A stretch of DNA of 64,000 nucleotides from NCBI GenBank assembly GCA_038045765.1, contig JBBSXN010000005.1, positions 226,144 to 290,143 of the forward strand. Reading direction: 5' to 3'. This document shows, piece by piece, positions 28,171-36,960 of the stretch. The DNA is from Nanobdellota archaeon. Its GTDB lineage: Archaea > Nanobdellota > Nanobdellia > Pacearchaeales > GW2011-AR1. Position 1 is the first letter of the stretch. Every line of letters starts with the position of its first letter. Below the pieces are notes generated by a model, which did not search any database, had not been told where the DNA came from, and saw only the letters and a program-made list of their open reading frames with translations. Position numbers and translations under genes: made by a program.

Positions 28171-29315
28171 TCTATTTTACAAGGCCTCCCATCTATATTA
28201 TCAATTTGTAAAGTGGCTATCTTCTTGTCTAGTGTTTTATCATATATTTCAAGCGTCTTTGCTGATTCTAGAGTAGGTATTCTGATATATAACTCTCCTT
28301 CGTAATTGTATGTCTCTCCAGAAATTTCTTCTTCTCCTGATTGTTGTGAATCGGTGAATATTAATTCAGGATTGAAAGAATCTTCCGCTAGTGTTTCAAA
28401 ATTTTCATTTAAAATATTAAATGAGAAAGAACCTTCACCATTTTTACCAGTACATCCTTGCTCTATATGTCTATCGTTAATTGTTAAAGAACCAGAAGAA
28501 TAATTTGCTGATATTAGATAGTAAAATTGATTTTCACAATTTGTTTCTGATTGAATTGCATTTCCAGTTATTGTTTTTCCTGAGCTTGTTTTTATTTTAC
28601 TTTCTATTAAAAATTCATTGAATTTTCCAAGACTTGTTGAATAGAGAGTTTTCATTAATCCAGAGTCTATTGAACGGTAATAATTGCTTTCTGAACAGCC
28701 TTGAAAACAGCCCTCATTTAATTCATTGAACTCTGAGCAGTCTTTTACACAATTTTTTACATTTCTAGGTAAGTTTGCAGGAGTATATTCTTCAGCAAGG
28801 TTTGCAAACGAATGACTGAATTCATGTGTAATAACTGATTTTGGATTTTTTGTGTTTATACTCATCACATTAAGATAAGAAGAGCTTCTTATTCTTTCTT
28901 GGTCTTCATTTAAAACAAAAATATAATCATTTGGACAGGCACTCGCCTTTCTTATTAAATCTCTTGAGTAGCAGTATAATGCTATTTCTTTATAGTATTC
29001 ACATTCTATTTTCTCATCTATGTAAAAGACATTAAATGATTCTTTTAATTTATTCAGCGGAGAAGTTGATAATAAGTAATCTATATATTCCTTAGTTTGA
29101 TTTTCTGATGCGAAAAATAATAGGTTTATTGATGCGGATGGATTGCTGTAGAGTTGATTACAGGTTTCTTTAGTTTCTGGGCTCAGATTTGTTGGATAAA
29201 AAAAGTAAATTGCTAACCCTATTATAATTAATAGACCTATAATTGAAGAAATTATAATTGACTTGTTTTCCATTGATTCTTTAGAATAAACTGACTTAAA
29301 TAGTTTATTAGACAA
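28167..29315 (-). CDS. membrane-anchored secreted protein with HExxH zinc-binding motif
   Basis: N-terminal TM segment. The motif is HEFSHSFANLAEEY. The ORF overlaps the pilin gene by 4 nt. Confidence 0.45.
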   Translation of the reverse strand: MSNKLFKSVYSKESMENKSIIISSIIGLLIIIGLAIYFFYPTNLSPETKETCNQLYSNPSASINLLFFASENQTKEYIDYLLSTSPLNKLKESFNVFYIDEKIECEYYKEIALYCYSRDLIRKASACPNDYIFVLNEDQERIRSSSYLNVMSINTKNPKSVITHEFSHSFANLAEEYTPANLPRNVKNCVKDCSEFNELNEGCFQGCSESNYYRSIDSGLMKTLYSTSLGKFNEFLIESKIKTSSGKTITGNAIQSETNCENQFYYLISANYSSGSLTINDRHIEQGCTGKNGEGSFSFNILNENFETLAEDSFNPELIFTDSQQSGEEEISGETYNYEGELYIRIPTLESAKTLEIYDKTLDKKIATLQIDNIDGRPCKIE

Positions 29316-29347
29316 ATGTTTATATATTATATACTGATACTTATCAG

Positions 29348-32300
29348 ATGCAAAAGAGGCTAGTGAATTATTTATTTTTTAGTTTTGTTGCTGTTTTACT
29401 TTTAGTTTCAGTTGTTTCTGCTGTTTGGTGGAATCCTAGTACTTGGTTTAATGGAAGAGGAATAACTGGAAATCCAGTAGCTAGTGCAACAGATTATACT
29501 TCTAATTTAGTAGCTTACTGGAAGTTTGATGAGGCTTCTTATTCTGGTGGCTCTGGTCAGGTAAAAGATTATCTTGGATTTAGTAATGGCACTCCAGTTA
29601 GTTCTCCAACTATTGTACCAGGATTGAAAGGTAATGCTGTTAGATTTACTGGTGCTGGTGGTCAAAAAATATTAATTTCCACTACTCCTACTAAATTTAA
29701 TTTAGGTAGTTTTACTCTATCTGCATGGGTTAAGACAAGTGACGCTGGAACTGGTAGAAGGAGAATATTTAGTCAGCAAAATAGTGATTATTATGGTATT
29801 GCTTTAAATGGTAATAATCTTGAGTGTTTCTCCTCTTTAGACTTCGGAGTTACACAATACAATAGCCCTTCGACTGCTGTTCTAAATAATAATCAATGGC
29901 ATCATGTATCTTGTGTAAGAAATACTGGTATTAATAAATTCTTATTATATATTGATGGGGTAAATGTTAAAAATAGCTCTATTACTGGTTCTTCTAGCTA
30001 TGCTATGGGTGCTGGAGGCATTTCCATAAGCCAATATCTTGGCGGAAATTCTGAAATATTTACTGGGCTTATTGATGAGCTTAGAGTTTACAATACTGCT
30101 TTAACTAGTACTCAAATCAATCAAGTGTATGATTTTGCTAAGCCTGCTAGTAGTGCTCAAGCATGTACTTCATTTACATATTCGGAATGGAGTGTTTGTT
30201 CTACTTTAGGACAGCAAGCAAAAACAATTCTTACTAGAACTCCAGATGGATGTACTGGAGGAAGTCCTGAAGCTTTGACAAGGAGTTGTACTTATTATGA
30301 TCCTAATAGAATTTATGTTAATTATACTGTTTCTAGTATGATTTCACCTTATTATTTAACTAATGCAGTTGTTAATTTATCTTATGCTGGAGCAAGTTAT
30401 CCATGTAATTTTATCTCAAAACCTACTAGTTCATTTCCTAATTATGGTATTTATAGGTGTAATGTTCCAAGACTTGGTCAAACAGGAATTTATTATACAT
30501 TATCTTCTTCTGCTCCAGGTTATGCTCAAGATATTGCTTCTTTAGGAAATTCTTTTAATGCTGGAGAATATACTGCTTCAATTATTTTGAATCCATTACC
30601 TCCAACTTGTACATCATTTACATATTCAGACTGGAGTACATGTACATCAGCAGGTTCTCAGACAAAGACAATTCTTACTAGCAACCCATCTGGGTGTTCT
30701 GGTGGAACACCTGAAGCTTTGACACGGAGTTGTCATCCAGACGGAGGTATTGCTACTGCTAGCTTAAGTGGATTGACTGCTATATATGATGGAACACCAA
30801 AATCTATTAGTGTAACAACTAACCCTCCAGGTATATCTACAATAGTGACTTATAATGGTGTAACTACTCCTCCAACTGCGGCAGGTTCTTACGCTGTCAC
30901 AGTAACTGCTAGCCCTCCAACTTTAGCAACTGCTCCTATTTTTACAATGAATACAATGGCAGCATTAGTTATCAATAAAGCAGATCAAACTATTGTATTT
31001 CCCACTATTTCTCCACAAGTTACAGCTGTTCCTTTCGGTTTGAGTGCTACCTCTAGTTCAGGATTACCTGTAAGTTTTAATATTCAAGCAGATCTTGTTT
31101 CAGGTTCTGGAACAATTATAAATAATGTCCTTACTGCTACTGAAGCAGGAGTTGTTACTGTTCGTGCTAGTCAAGCAGGAAATAATAATTATAATCCTGC
31201 TCCTTTTATTGATAAAACAATTTCAGTGAGTTCTCCTTTTAAAACAGTGCAGATTGGTGAGTGGGCTAATGTTGGAGATTCTATACAACTTGCTGGTGCT
31301 ACTTTAGCTAAAGTTCAAAGTATTTCTAGTTCATCAAGTGCAAGCTTTTTTGATAATGATAATGTAGTCTTTCATCAAACAACTTCTGGTGGACCTATAA
31401 CTGGAAAAACTTTTAATGCTATTTCTAAAGGGATAGCTTCTACTCATAATGGTCCTGATTCTAATCATCTTCCTTATTTTGAAGGCGGAATAAATGGTAA
31501 GTTCTATAATGTAGAATATAGAGGAGTTACAGGTTCAACTGCAAATTCTCCTCAAGCTAGACTAGTAGCTATTGTTTGCACTGGAGGAGATTGGATTGGA
31601 ACTGTTAGTCCTTGCACTCCTAGTGGAAATAAAACTATAGAATGGACAAAATCTCCTGCTTATTGTGATTCAACTTTGGCTGGAAGTGTAAATCATCCTG
31701 CGAGTGAAGTTGTTACTTGTACTTATGTTCCTCCAGTTTCTACTCCTATTGCTAATAGTACCTTCCTTTATTATATCAAGAATCAAAGTGGTGCGTCAAT
31801 TCCAGGAGTACAATATAATTTGAAGAATTCAACTGGCGGAGTGTTTGATGATAATTGTATATTTGATGTTTCATCAGGATTGATGTGTGTTAATTTATTC
31901 GCAGGTAATTATTTGTTGAATGTTTCCGCTTCTAATTACTTTTCACAAGTCTTGTCTTTATCTTTAACTCAGAATTATAGAGGTCCTAATTATCCAAATA
32001 ATATTATTACTTTGTCTGGTGCTAGTACTGGAACTACCACTTCTACAATTGGCGCGAATGTTGCTGGATGCAGTGATACAGATGCTGATGCTGCTAATCT
32101 TGGTGGAGTTGATTATAATGAACGAGGAACATTTACTGCTCCTGCAGAGAGTAGTTGGACTGTTGCTCAGAGGACTGATTATTGTGTTAGTGCTATGAGA
32201 TTAGCTGAATATTCATGCGATCCTGCACCTGCTGGTTTTGATTATAATGGTGTTGAAGTAGATTGTCCTGGTGGATGTTCTGAGGGAAGATGTATCGGTT

Positions 32301-32653
32301 CCGGAACTGGTGGAGAAGGAACAACTACTGGAACTGGTGGTGGAACTACAACTACAACTACAACTGGAACTGGCGGATCAGGTACGACTGAAGCAACTAC
32401 TGGAGGAGTTGTTTGTGCAGATGGATGTTCATTAGAAAGTGGACAGTGCGTTCCTCTTGGATATAGAATTGGTGGAAAATATTGTGATGTGAGCAAGAGT
32501 TTGGTAACTTATAAAGCCGATTCAGCTGATTGTGAAAATAATTTTGAATGTGGAAGTAATGTTTGCGTCTCAAATAAATGTATTGAGGCAGGATTTTTGC
32601 AGAAGATTAGTGATTGGTTTAGTAACCTATTTGCAACATCTTCAGCATCTTAA
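29348..32653 (+). CDS. giant secreted protein (1101 aa), paralogue 2: LamG domain, two TSP1-like 4-Cys modules, MBG/Ig-like domains, Thr/Gly linker, conserved C-terminal Cys module
   Basis: Shared leader MQKRLVNYLFFSFVAVLLLVSVVSAVWWNPSTWF. LamG_3 region (LVAYWKFDE...LRVYNTALTSTQINQVY). Modules ACTSFTYSEWSVCSTLGQQAKTILTRTPDGCTGGSPEALTRSC and TCTSFTYSDWSTCTSAGSQTKTILTSNPSGCSGGTPEALTRSC. YDG/MBG-like segment (LTAIYDGTPKSISVTTNPPGISTIVTYNG...AGSYAVTVTAS). C-terminal CENNFECGSNVCVSNKC. Confidence 0.7.
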   Translation: MQKRLVNYLFFSFVAVLLLVSVVSAVWWNPSTWFNGRGITGNPVASATDYTSNLVAYWKFDEASYSGGSGQVKDYLGFSNGTPVSSPTIVPGLKGNAVRFTGAGGQKILISTTPTKFNLGSFTLSAWVKTSDAGTGRRRIFSQQNSDYYGIALNGNNLECFSSLDFGVTQYNSPSTAVLNNNQWHHVSCVRNTGINKFLLYIDGVNVKNSSITGSSSYAMGAGGISISQYLGGNSEIFTGLIDELRVYNTALTSTQINQVYDFAKPASSAQACTSFTYSEWSVCSTLGQQAKTILTRTPDGCTGGSPEALTRSCTYYDPNRIYVNYTVSSMISPYYLTNAVVNLSYAGASYPCNFISKPTSSFPNYGIYRCNVPRLGQTGIYYTLSSSAPGYAQDIASLGNSFNAGEYTASIILNPLPPTCTSFTYSDWSTCTSAGSQTKTILTSNPSGCSGGTPEALTRSCHPDGGIATASLSGLTAIYDGTPKSISVTTNPPGISTIVTYNGVTTPPTAAGSYAVTVTASPPTLATAPIFTMNTMAALVINKADQTIVFPTISPQVTAVPFGLSATSSSGLPVSFNIQADLVSGSGTIINNVLTATEAGVVTVRASQAGNNNYNPAPFIDKTISVSSPFKTVQIGEWANVGDSIQLAGATLAKVQSISSSSSASFFDNDNVVFHQTTSGGPITGKTFNAISKGIASTHNGPDSNHLPYFEGGINGKFYNVEYRGVTGSTANSPQARLVAIVCTGGDWIGTVSPCTPSGNKTIEWTKSPAYCDSTLAGSVNHPASEVVTCTYVPPVSTPIANSTFLYYIKNQSGASIPGVQYNLKNSTGGVFDDNCIFDVSSGLMCVNLFAGNYLLNVSASNYFSQVLSLSLTQNYRGPNYPNNIITLSGASTGTTTSTIGANVAGCSDTDADAANLGGVDYNERGTFTAPAESSWTVAQRTDYCVSAMRLAEYSCDPAPAGFDYNGVEVDCPGGCSEGRCIGSGTGGEGTTTGTGGGTTTTTTTGTGGSGTTEATTGGVVCADGCSLESGQCVPLGYRIGGKYCDVSKSLVTYKADSADCENNFECGSNVCVSNKCIEAGFLQKISDWFSNLFATSSAS

Positions 32654-32695
32654 CTTATGGAAAATATTTATATATCTGCAAGAAATGTTTCTTTA

Positions 32696-35194
32696 ATGCA
32701 AAAGAGATTTCTTAATTATTTATTTTTTAGTTTCGTTGCTGTTTTACTTTTAGTTTCAGTTGTTTCTGCAGTTTGGTGGAATCCAAATACTTGGTTTGAA
32801 GGAAGAGGAATAACTGGGAATGTTGTATCTCCTAGTCAAATTTTTGTTAAAGTAGCTTATTTAGGGAAGATAGATAATAAGGCTGCTCCTTATTCTTTTT
32901 CTCCTGGTGCTGGGAATGATTTTAGTTTTTCTTTACAATTTGATAGTCCTTCCGGTCTTAAAATACAACGAATGAGTTTTACTCGCACTAGTAGTGGCGA
33001 GTATTGGAGAACTTACGGATCTAATGACCCTATTAATGTTTACCCAATTGTAATTTTTGATTCTAATAATCATAGAATAAACAATGCTATGGTTGAGCCA
33101 GCTTTAATTGTCCCTTCTGGCTTGCAAAATTATACTTTTTATTTTGAACCAGGAAGTCCGAATTTTGTAGGAGGAACTTTAACAATTCATTTACAGAATG
33201 AGGTTACCCCAATAACTATTAATGTTCCGGCAGGAGTTGGACAGATAATTACATATGGTTCATATGATTCACATGTATGTACTTCATTTACTTATAGTGC
33301 TTGGACTCCTGCAATATGTTCACTTGGAAGTCAGCAGACTAGAACTGTAACTTCAAGAAGTCCAGCAGGATGTACGACTGGAGTAAGTCCAGTATTAACT
33401 CAAGGTTGTAATGTTCCCACATGTACTTCATTTACATATTCAGATTGGGGTGTATGTCAATCTAATAATCAACAAGCCAGAACTGTGACTGCAAGCAGTC
33501 CGGCTGGATGCACTGGTGGAAGTCCATTATTATATAGGGGTTGCACTCCTTTTGTTTTACCTGCTAATGATAATTTTGTTAATGCTATTTTGATAAATAA
33601 TTATGCTTCAAGTACTGGTACTGTTAATGTAAATTTGAATGGTGCGGGAACTGAGAGTGGTGAAAATAACTTAGCAGGAAACACTGTTTGGTATAGATTT
33701 AATGCTCCTGGGGCAGGTAATTTAAATATTAATTATAATTCTCCTACTGCTGGTGGAATGACTTTAGATTCTAATTTGAGATTATATTCTGGAAGTAGCT
33801 TGTCTTCTCTTATTTTATTGAGAGAGAATTCAATGGTTAATCATGGTCAGACGGTTAGTTTAAATGTTGCTCAACCTGGTAATTATTATTTACAGTTTGG
33901 AAGAAGTGCAGGTAATTTTGGAGCAGGTACTGCTACATTCACTTATGCTTTTCAATCTCTGGCTTCTGGAGCATGTATAGATACTGATGTTAATGCTACT
34001 TATCCTGATGGATTGAATTATTATCTTACTGGTTCTGCTAGCGGTTCTAGTGGGATAGGTTCTAGTGATTATTGCGGTGCAGGATATTATTCAAATACAG
34101 TCTATGAATCTTATTGTAGAGCTTCTGATAATTCAGTCACTACCGCTTATTATAATTGTCCTACTGGAACTGTTTGTACCAATGGTGCTTGTTCAGTTGG
34201 AAGTGCAGTAGTTTCACCTACTCCAGTAGCTTGTACATCATTTAATGTTGGTTCATATAATGCTTGTAGTGGTGGTCAGCAGACTAGAAGTGTTACTGGA
34301 GTTCCTGCAGGGTGTGTTGGAGGAGTAACGCCTCCGGCTAGTTCTCAAGCTTGTTCAGAGCCTAGTATTCCAACTTGTACTGATGCAGATTGGACTTATG
34401 TTGTTGTTGCTCCATCTACTTGTTCTGCTGGTTATTCAAAAGAAAGAAGATGGAGTAAAACTGGAAATTGTGAAGGAGGAATAACTCATGATACCTCTGA
34501 ATATTTACCTTGCAGTTATCCTTATGGTCCTCTTCCTTGTTCTTCATATACATATGGTGAGTGGACTCCTGCTAATTGTGCTGTTGGAAGTCAACAAACT
34601 AGAACAGCATTAGGGTCTTATGGAGGAGGTTTAGGAGGAGTTTATTATGCACAGTGCATTGGAGGAAATCCTGCAGCCATTTCAAGAATTTGTCCTGAAA
34701 ATACTCAGACTGTTACTGATACTAGTTGTTCTTATGGTGATTCTCCTGTTTGTTCAAATGATGAGATTACATATTCAAATTCATGCAATGCTGTAGCTGC
34801 TGGTGCGACTGTCTCTTGTCAGGGTGAGTGTCCTTGTCCTGCTGGAAATCCTGCTCCTAGCCCTGGTGTCGTTCCTGTAGCTGTTCCTGTTCCTACAGTT
34901 ATAACTCCTCCGACCGGTACTGGAATTGCTCCAGTAGTTTCTCCGACAGGTACTTGTTCTAGTGGATGTGAGTTAGATAATAATTGTGTAGATTTTGGAC
35001 ATAGATCGAGTGCAAAGTATTGTGCTTTGTCAGGCATGGTTGACTTTAAGGATATTGGTGTAAGTTGCGATAATAGTTTTGAATGTTCAACTAATTCATG
35101 TATTTCTGGAAAATGTTCCGAAGCGAATATAATTCAGAATATTGTTAAATGGTTTAAAGATAATTGTCCTTCATTTATTTGTTCTGTTAAATAA
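32696..35194 (+). CDS. giant secreted protein (~832 aa from this start), paralogue 3: conserved N-terminal domain, four TSP1-like 4-Cys modules, conserved C-terminal Cys module
   Basis: The ORF track begins at 32657. Homology to the paralogues (MQKRFLNYLFFSFVAVLLLVSVVSAVWWNPNTWF) and a TATA box at 32666-32675 place the start at ATG 32696. Modules VCTSFTYSAWTPAICSLGSQQTRTVT, TCTSFTYSDWGVCQSNNQQARTVT and others. C-terminal CDNSFECSTNSCISGKC. Confidence 0.65.
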   Translation: MQKRFLNYLFFSFVAVLLLVSVVSAVWWNPNTWFEGRGITGNVVSPSQIFVKVAYLGKIDNKAAPYSFSPGAGNDFSFSLQFDSPSGLKIQRMSFTRTSSGEYWRTYGSNDPINVYPIVIFDSNNHRINNAMVEPALIVPSGLQNYTFYFEPGSPNFVGGTLTIHLQNEVTPITINVPAGVGQIITYGSYDSHVCTSFTYSAWTPAICSLGSQQTRTVTSRSPAGCTTGVSPVLTQGCNVPTCTSFTYSDWGVCQSNNQQARTVTASSPAGCTGGSPLLYRGCTPFVLPANDNFVNAILINNYASSTGTVNVNLNGAGTESGENNLAGNTVWYRFNAPGAGNLNINYNSPTAGGMTLDSNLRLYSGSSLSSLILLRENSMVNHGQTVSLNVAQPGNYYLQFGRSAGNFGAGTATFTYAFQSLASGACIDTDVNATYPDGLNYYLTGSASGSSGIGSSDYCGAGYYSNTVYESYCRASDNSVTTAYYNCPTGTVCTNGACSVGSAVVSPTPVACTSFNVGSYNACSGGQQTRSVTGVPAGCVGGVTPPASSQACSEPSIPTCTDADWTYVVVAPSTCSAGYSKERRWSKTGNCEGGITHDTSEYLPCSYPYGPLPCSSYTYGEWTPANCAVGSQQTRTALGSYGGGLGGVYYAQCIGGNPAAISRICPENTQTVTDTSCSYGDSPVCSNDEITYSNSCNAVAAGATVSCQGECPCPAGNPAPSPGVVPVAVPVPTVITPPTGTGIAPVVSPTGTCSSGCELDNNCVDFGHRSSAKYCALSGMVDFKDIGVSCDNSFECSTNSCISGKCSEANIIQNIVKWFKDNCPSFICSVK

Positions 35195-35243
35195 AAGACA
35201 GATGATTAATCATAACCTCTAGCTTTAAAAATGGTCTTTTCTT

Positions 35244-36242
35244 TTGTTTTATATGGAAAATGGTAATGAGAAAATAGCTCGTAAGAATTTACTTAGAAAT
35301 GGAGAGAAAGTAGATGGAATTAGTATTAATGGATATAATTTTGATAATGGTGTGGATTATGGTAAGTTAATTGAGAGTTTTTCTAGTACTGGATTTCAAG
35401 CAAGTGATTTTTCTAAGGCAGTTAATATTACTAATCATATGATTGATGCTAAATCAACTATATTTTTAGGATACACTTCAAATATGGTGAGTTCTGGCTT
35501 ACGAGACGTGATAAGATATTTAGTTCAGAATAAAAGAGTAGATATTTGTGTTACAACTGCTGGAGGAATTGAAGAAGATATCATAAAATGCCTTGGTGAT
35601 TTTAAATTGGGAGATTTTAGAGCTAATGGAAAGTTGTTAAGAGAGAAAGGAGTTAATAGGATTGGAAATATATTTGTAAGTAATGAATTGTATGTTAAAT
35701 TTGAAAAGTTTATGAGTGCTGTGTTGGACGAATTGTATGAAATGCAGGTTAAAACTGGTAAAATTGTTAGTCCTAGCGAAATTATTTGGAAAATGGGTGA
35801 AAAGATAGATAATAAAGAAAGTATTTGTTATTGGGCTTGGAAAAATAAAATAAGAATCTATTGTCCTGCTTTGCAAGATGGAGCTATTGGAGATAATATT
35901 TATTTTTCTTCTTTCAAACATCCTAATTTTAAGATAGATATAGTTGAAGATACAAAAAGATTGAATGATAGTACTATTGGACTGAAGAAAAGTGGTGCAG
36001 TAATTTTGGGAGCAGGTGTTGTTAAGCATAGTATATTGAATGCAAATATGCTTAGAAATGGATTAGATTATGCAGTTTACATTAATACTTCTCAGGAATT
36101 TGATGGAAGTGATGCAGGAGCAATGCCGGAGGAAGCAGTTAGCTGGGGAAAGATAACTGCTGGTGCAGAGAGTGTGAAAGTTTATGGTGATGCTACAATA
36201 TTATTTCCATTATTAGTTGCAGAGAGCTTTGCTAAGAAATAG
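35244..36242 (+). CDS. dys: deoxyhypusine synthase
   Basis: TSNMVSSGLRDVIRYLVQNKRVDICVTTAGGIEEDIIKCL is the conserved DHS core. Confidence 0.75.
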   Translation: MFYMENGNEKIARKNLLRNGEKVDGISINGYNFDNGVDYGKLIESFSSTGFQASDFSKAVNITNHMIDAKSTIFLGYTSNMVSSGLRDVIRYLVQNKRVDICVTTAGGIEEDIIKCLGDFKLGDFRANGKLLREKGVNRIGNIFVSNELYVKFEKFMSAVLDELYEMQVKTGKIVSPSEIIWKMGEKIDNKESICYWAWKNKIRIYCPALQDGAIGDNIYFSSFKHPNFKIDIVEDTKRLNDSTIGLKKSGAVILGAGVVKHSILNANMLRNGLDYAVYINTSQEFDGSDAGAMPEEAVSWGKITAGAESVKVYGDATILFPLLVAESFAKK

Positions 36243-36272
36243 TTATTTATAGTGTTTAGTTAATTTATATTC

Positions 36273-36950
36273 ATGCATTTTTCCTTAGTAGTACCAGTTC
36301 ATAATGAAGAAGAAAATATTAAATATTTGTATAAACAGATAAATGATAGTTTGAAAGAATTTTCTTATGAAGTTATAGTTGTGAATGATGGTTCTAATGA
36401 TGGAACTTTATTAGAATTGAATAAAATTAAAGATAAAAAGTGGAAAGTTTTAGATTTGGAGCATAAAGGCAAAGATTATGCTGTTTATGCTGGAATTCAA
36501 AAAGCTAAATCTCAAAATATTGTATTAATGGATGGTGATTTGCAAATTGATGTTAAAGATGTTGTTAATTTGTGGATGGTCTTTAAAAAAAACCAATTGG
36601 ATTGTGTTGTTGGCTGGCGTTTTGATAGGAAAGATGGTTTTGTGAAGAAAGTTTCTTCTTTTGTTGGGAATAGTTTTAATAATTTATTTTTTGGATTAAA
36701 AATAAATGATGCTAATTGTCCTTTGAAGATAATTAATAGAAAATTACTTGTAAATGTTAAATTCTTTAATCATTTTCATAGGTTTATATGTGCTTTAATT
36801 TCTTTGCAAAATGGCAAGATTGAAGAGATTAAAATTAAACATTTACCTAGAAAGTATGGAAAATCGCATTATGGCGTACATAATAGGATTTTTGGTAATT
36901 TGATTAGTTTGTTTAAAGTCAGATTTGGAAGAAGAGAGATATTTGGCTAA
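36273..36950 (+). CDS. GT2 polyprenyl-phosphate sugar synthase-like glycosyltransferase (DPM1/GtrB/AglD-like)
   Basis: LVVPVHNEEENI..., EVIVVNDGSNDGT and LMDGDLQ form a GT-A DxD region. The protein is 225 aa, soluble type. Confidence 0.65.
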   Translation: MHFSLVVPVHNEEENIKYLYKQINDSLKEFSYEVIVVNDGSNDGTLLELNKIKDKKWKVLDLEHKGKDYAVYAGIQKAKSQNIVLMDGDLQIDVKDVVNLWMVFKKNQLDCVVGWRFDRKDGFVKKVSSFVGNSFNNLFFGLKINDANCPLKIINRKLLVNVKFFNHFHRFICALISLQNGKIEEIKIKHLPRKYGKSHYGVHNRIFGNLISLFKVRFGRREIFG

Positions 36951-36960
36951 ATATTTATAT
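36951..36960 (+). promoter_or_regulatory. TATA box (atatttatat) inside the conserved element ggctaaatatttata upstream of surface-protein family member A
   Basis: It lies 22 nt upstream of ATG 36983. The same element ggctaaatatttataaactcgttt occurs at 38061-38084 upstream of member B. Confidence 0.4.

Noticed and set aside
32242-32496. Pro/Val-rich 84-aa ORF on the minus strand, and similar antisense ORFs at 34819..35037 and 39501..39710
   Set aside because: They lie inside well-supported plus-strand genes, within Gly/Thr or Ser-rich linker-coding DNA. They are pure low-complexity translations.
32657-32695. ATG at 32657 (MENIYISARNVSL...) as the start of giant paralogue 3
   Set aside because: The paralogues begin MQKR, and a TATA box sits at 32666-32675, inside this extension. 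The start at 32696 is much more consistent.
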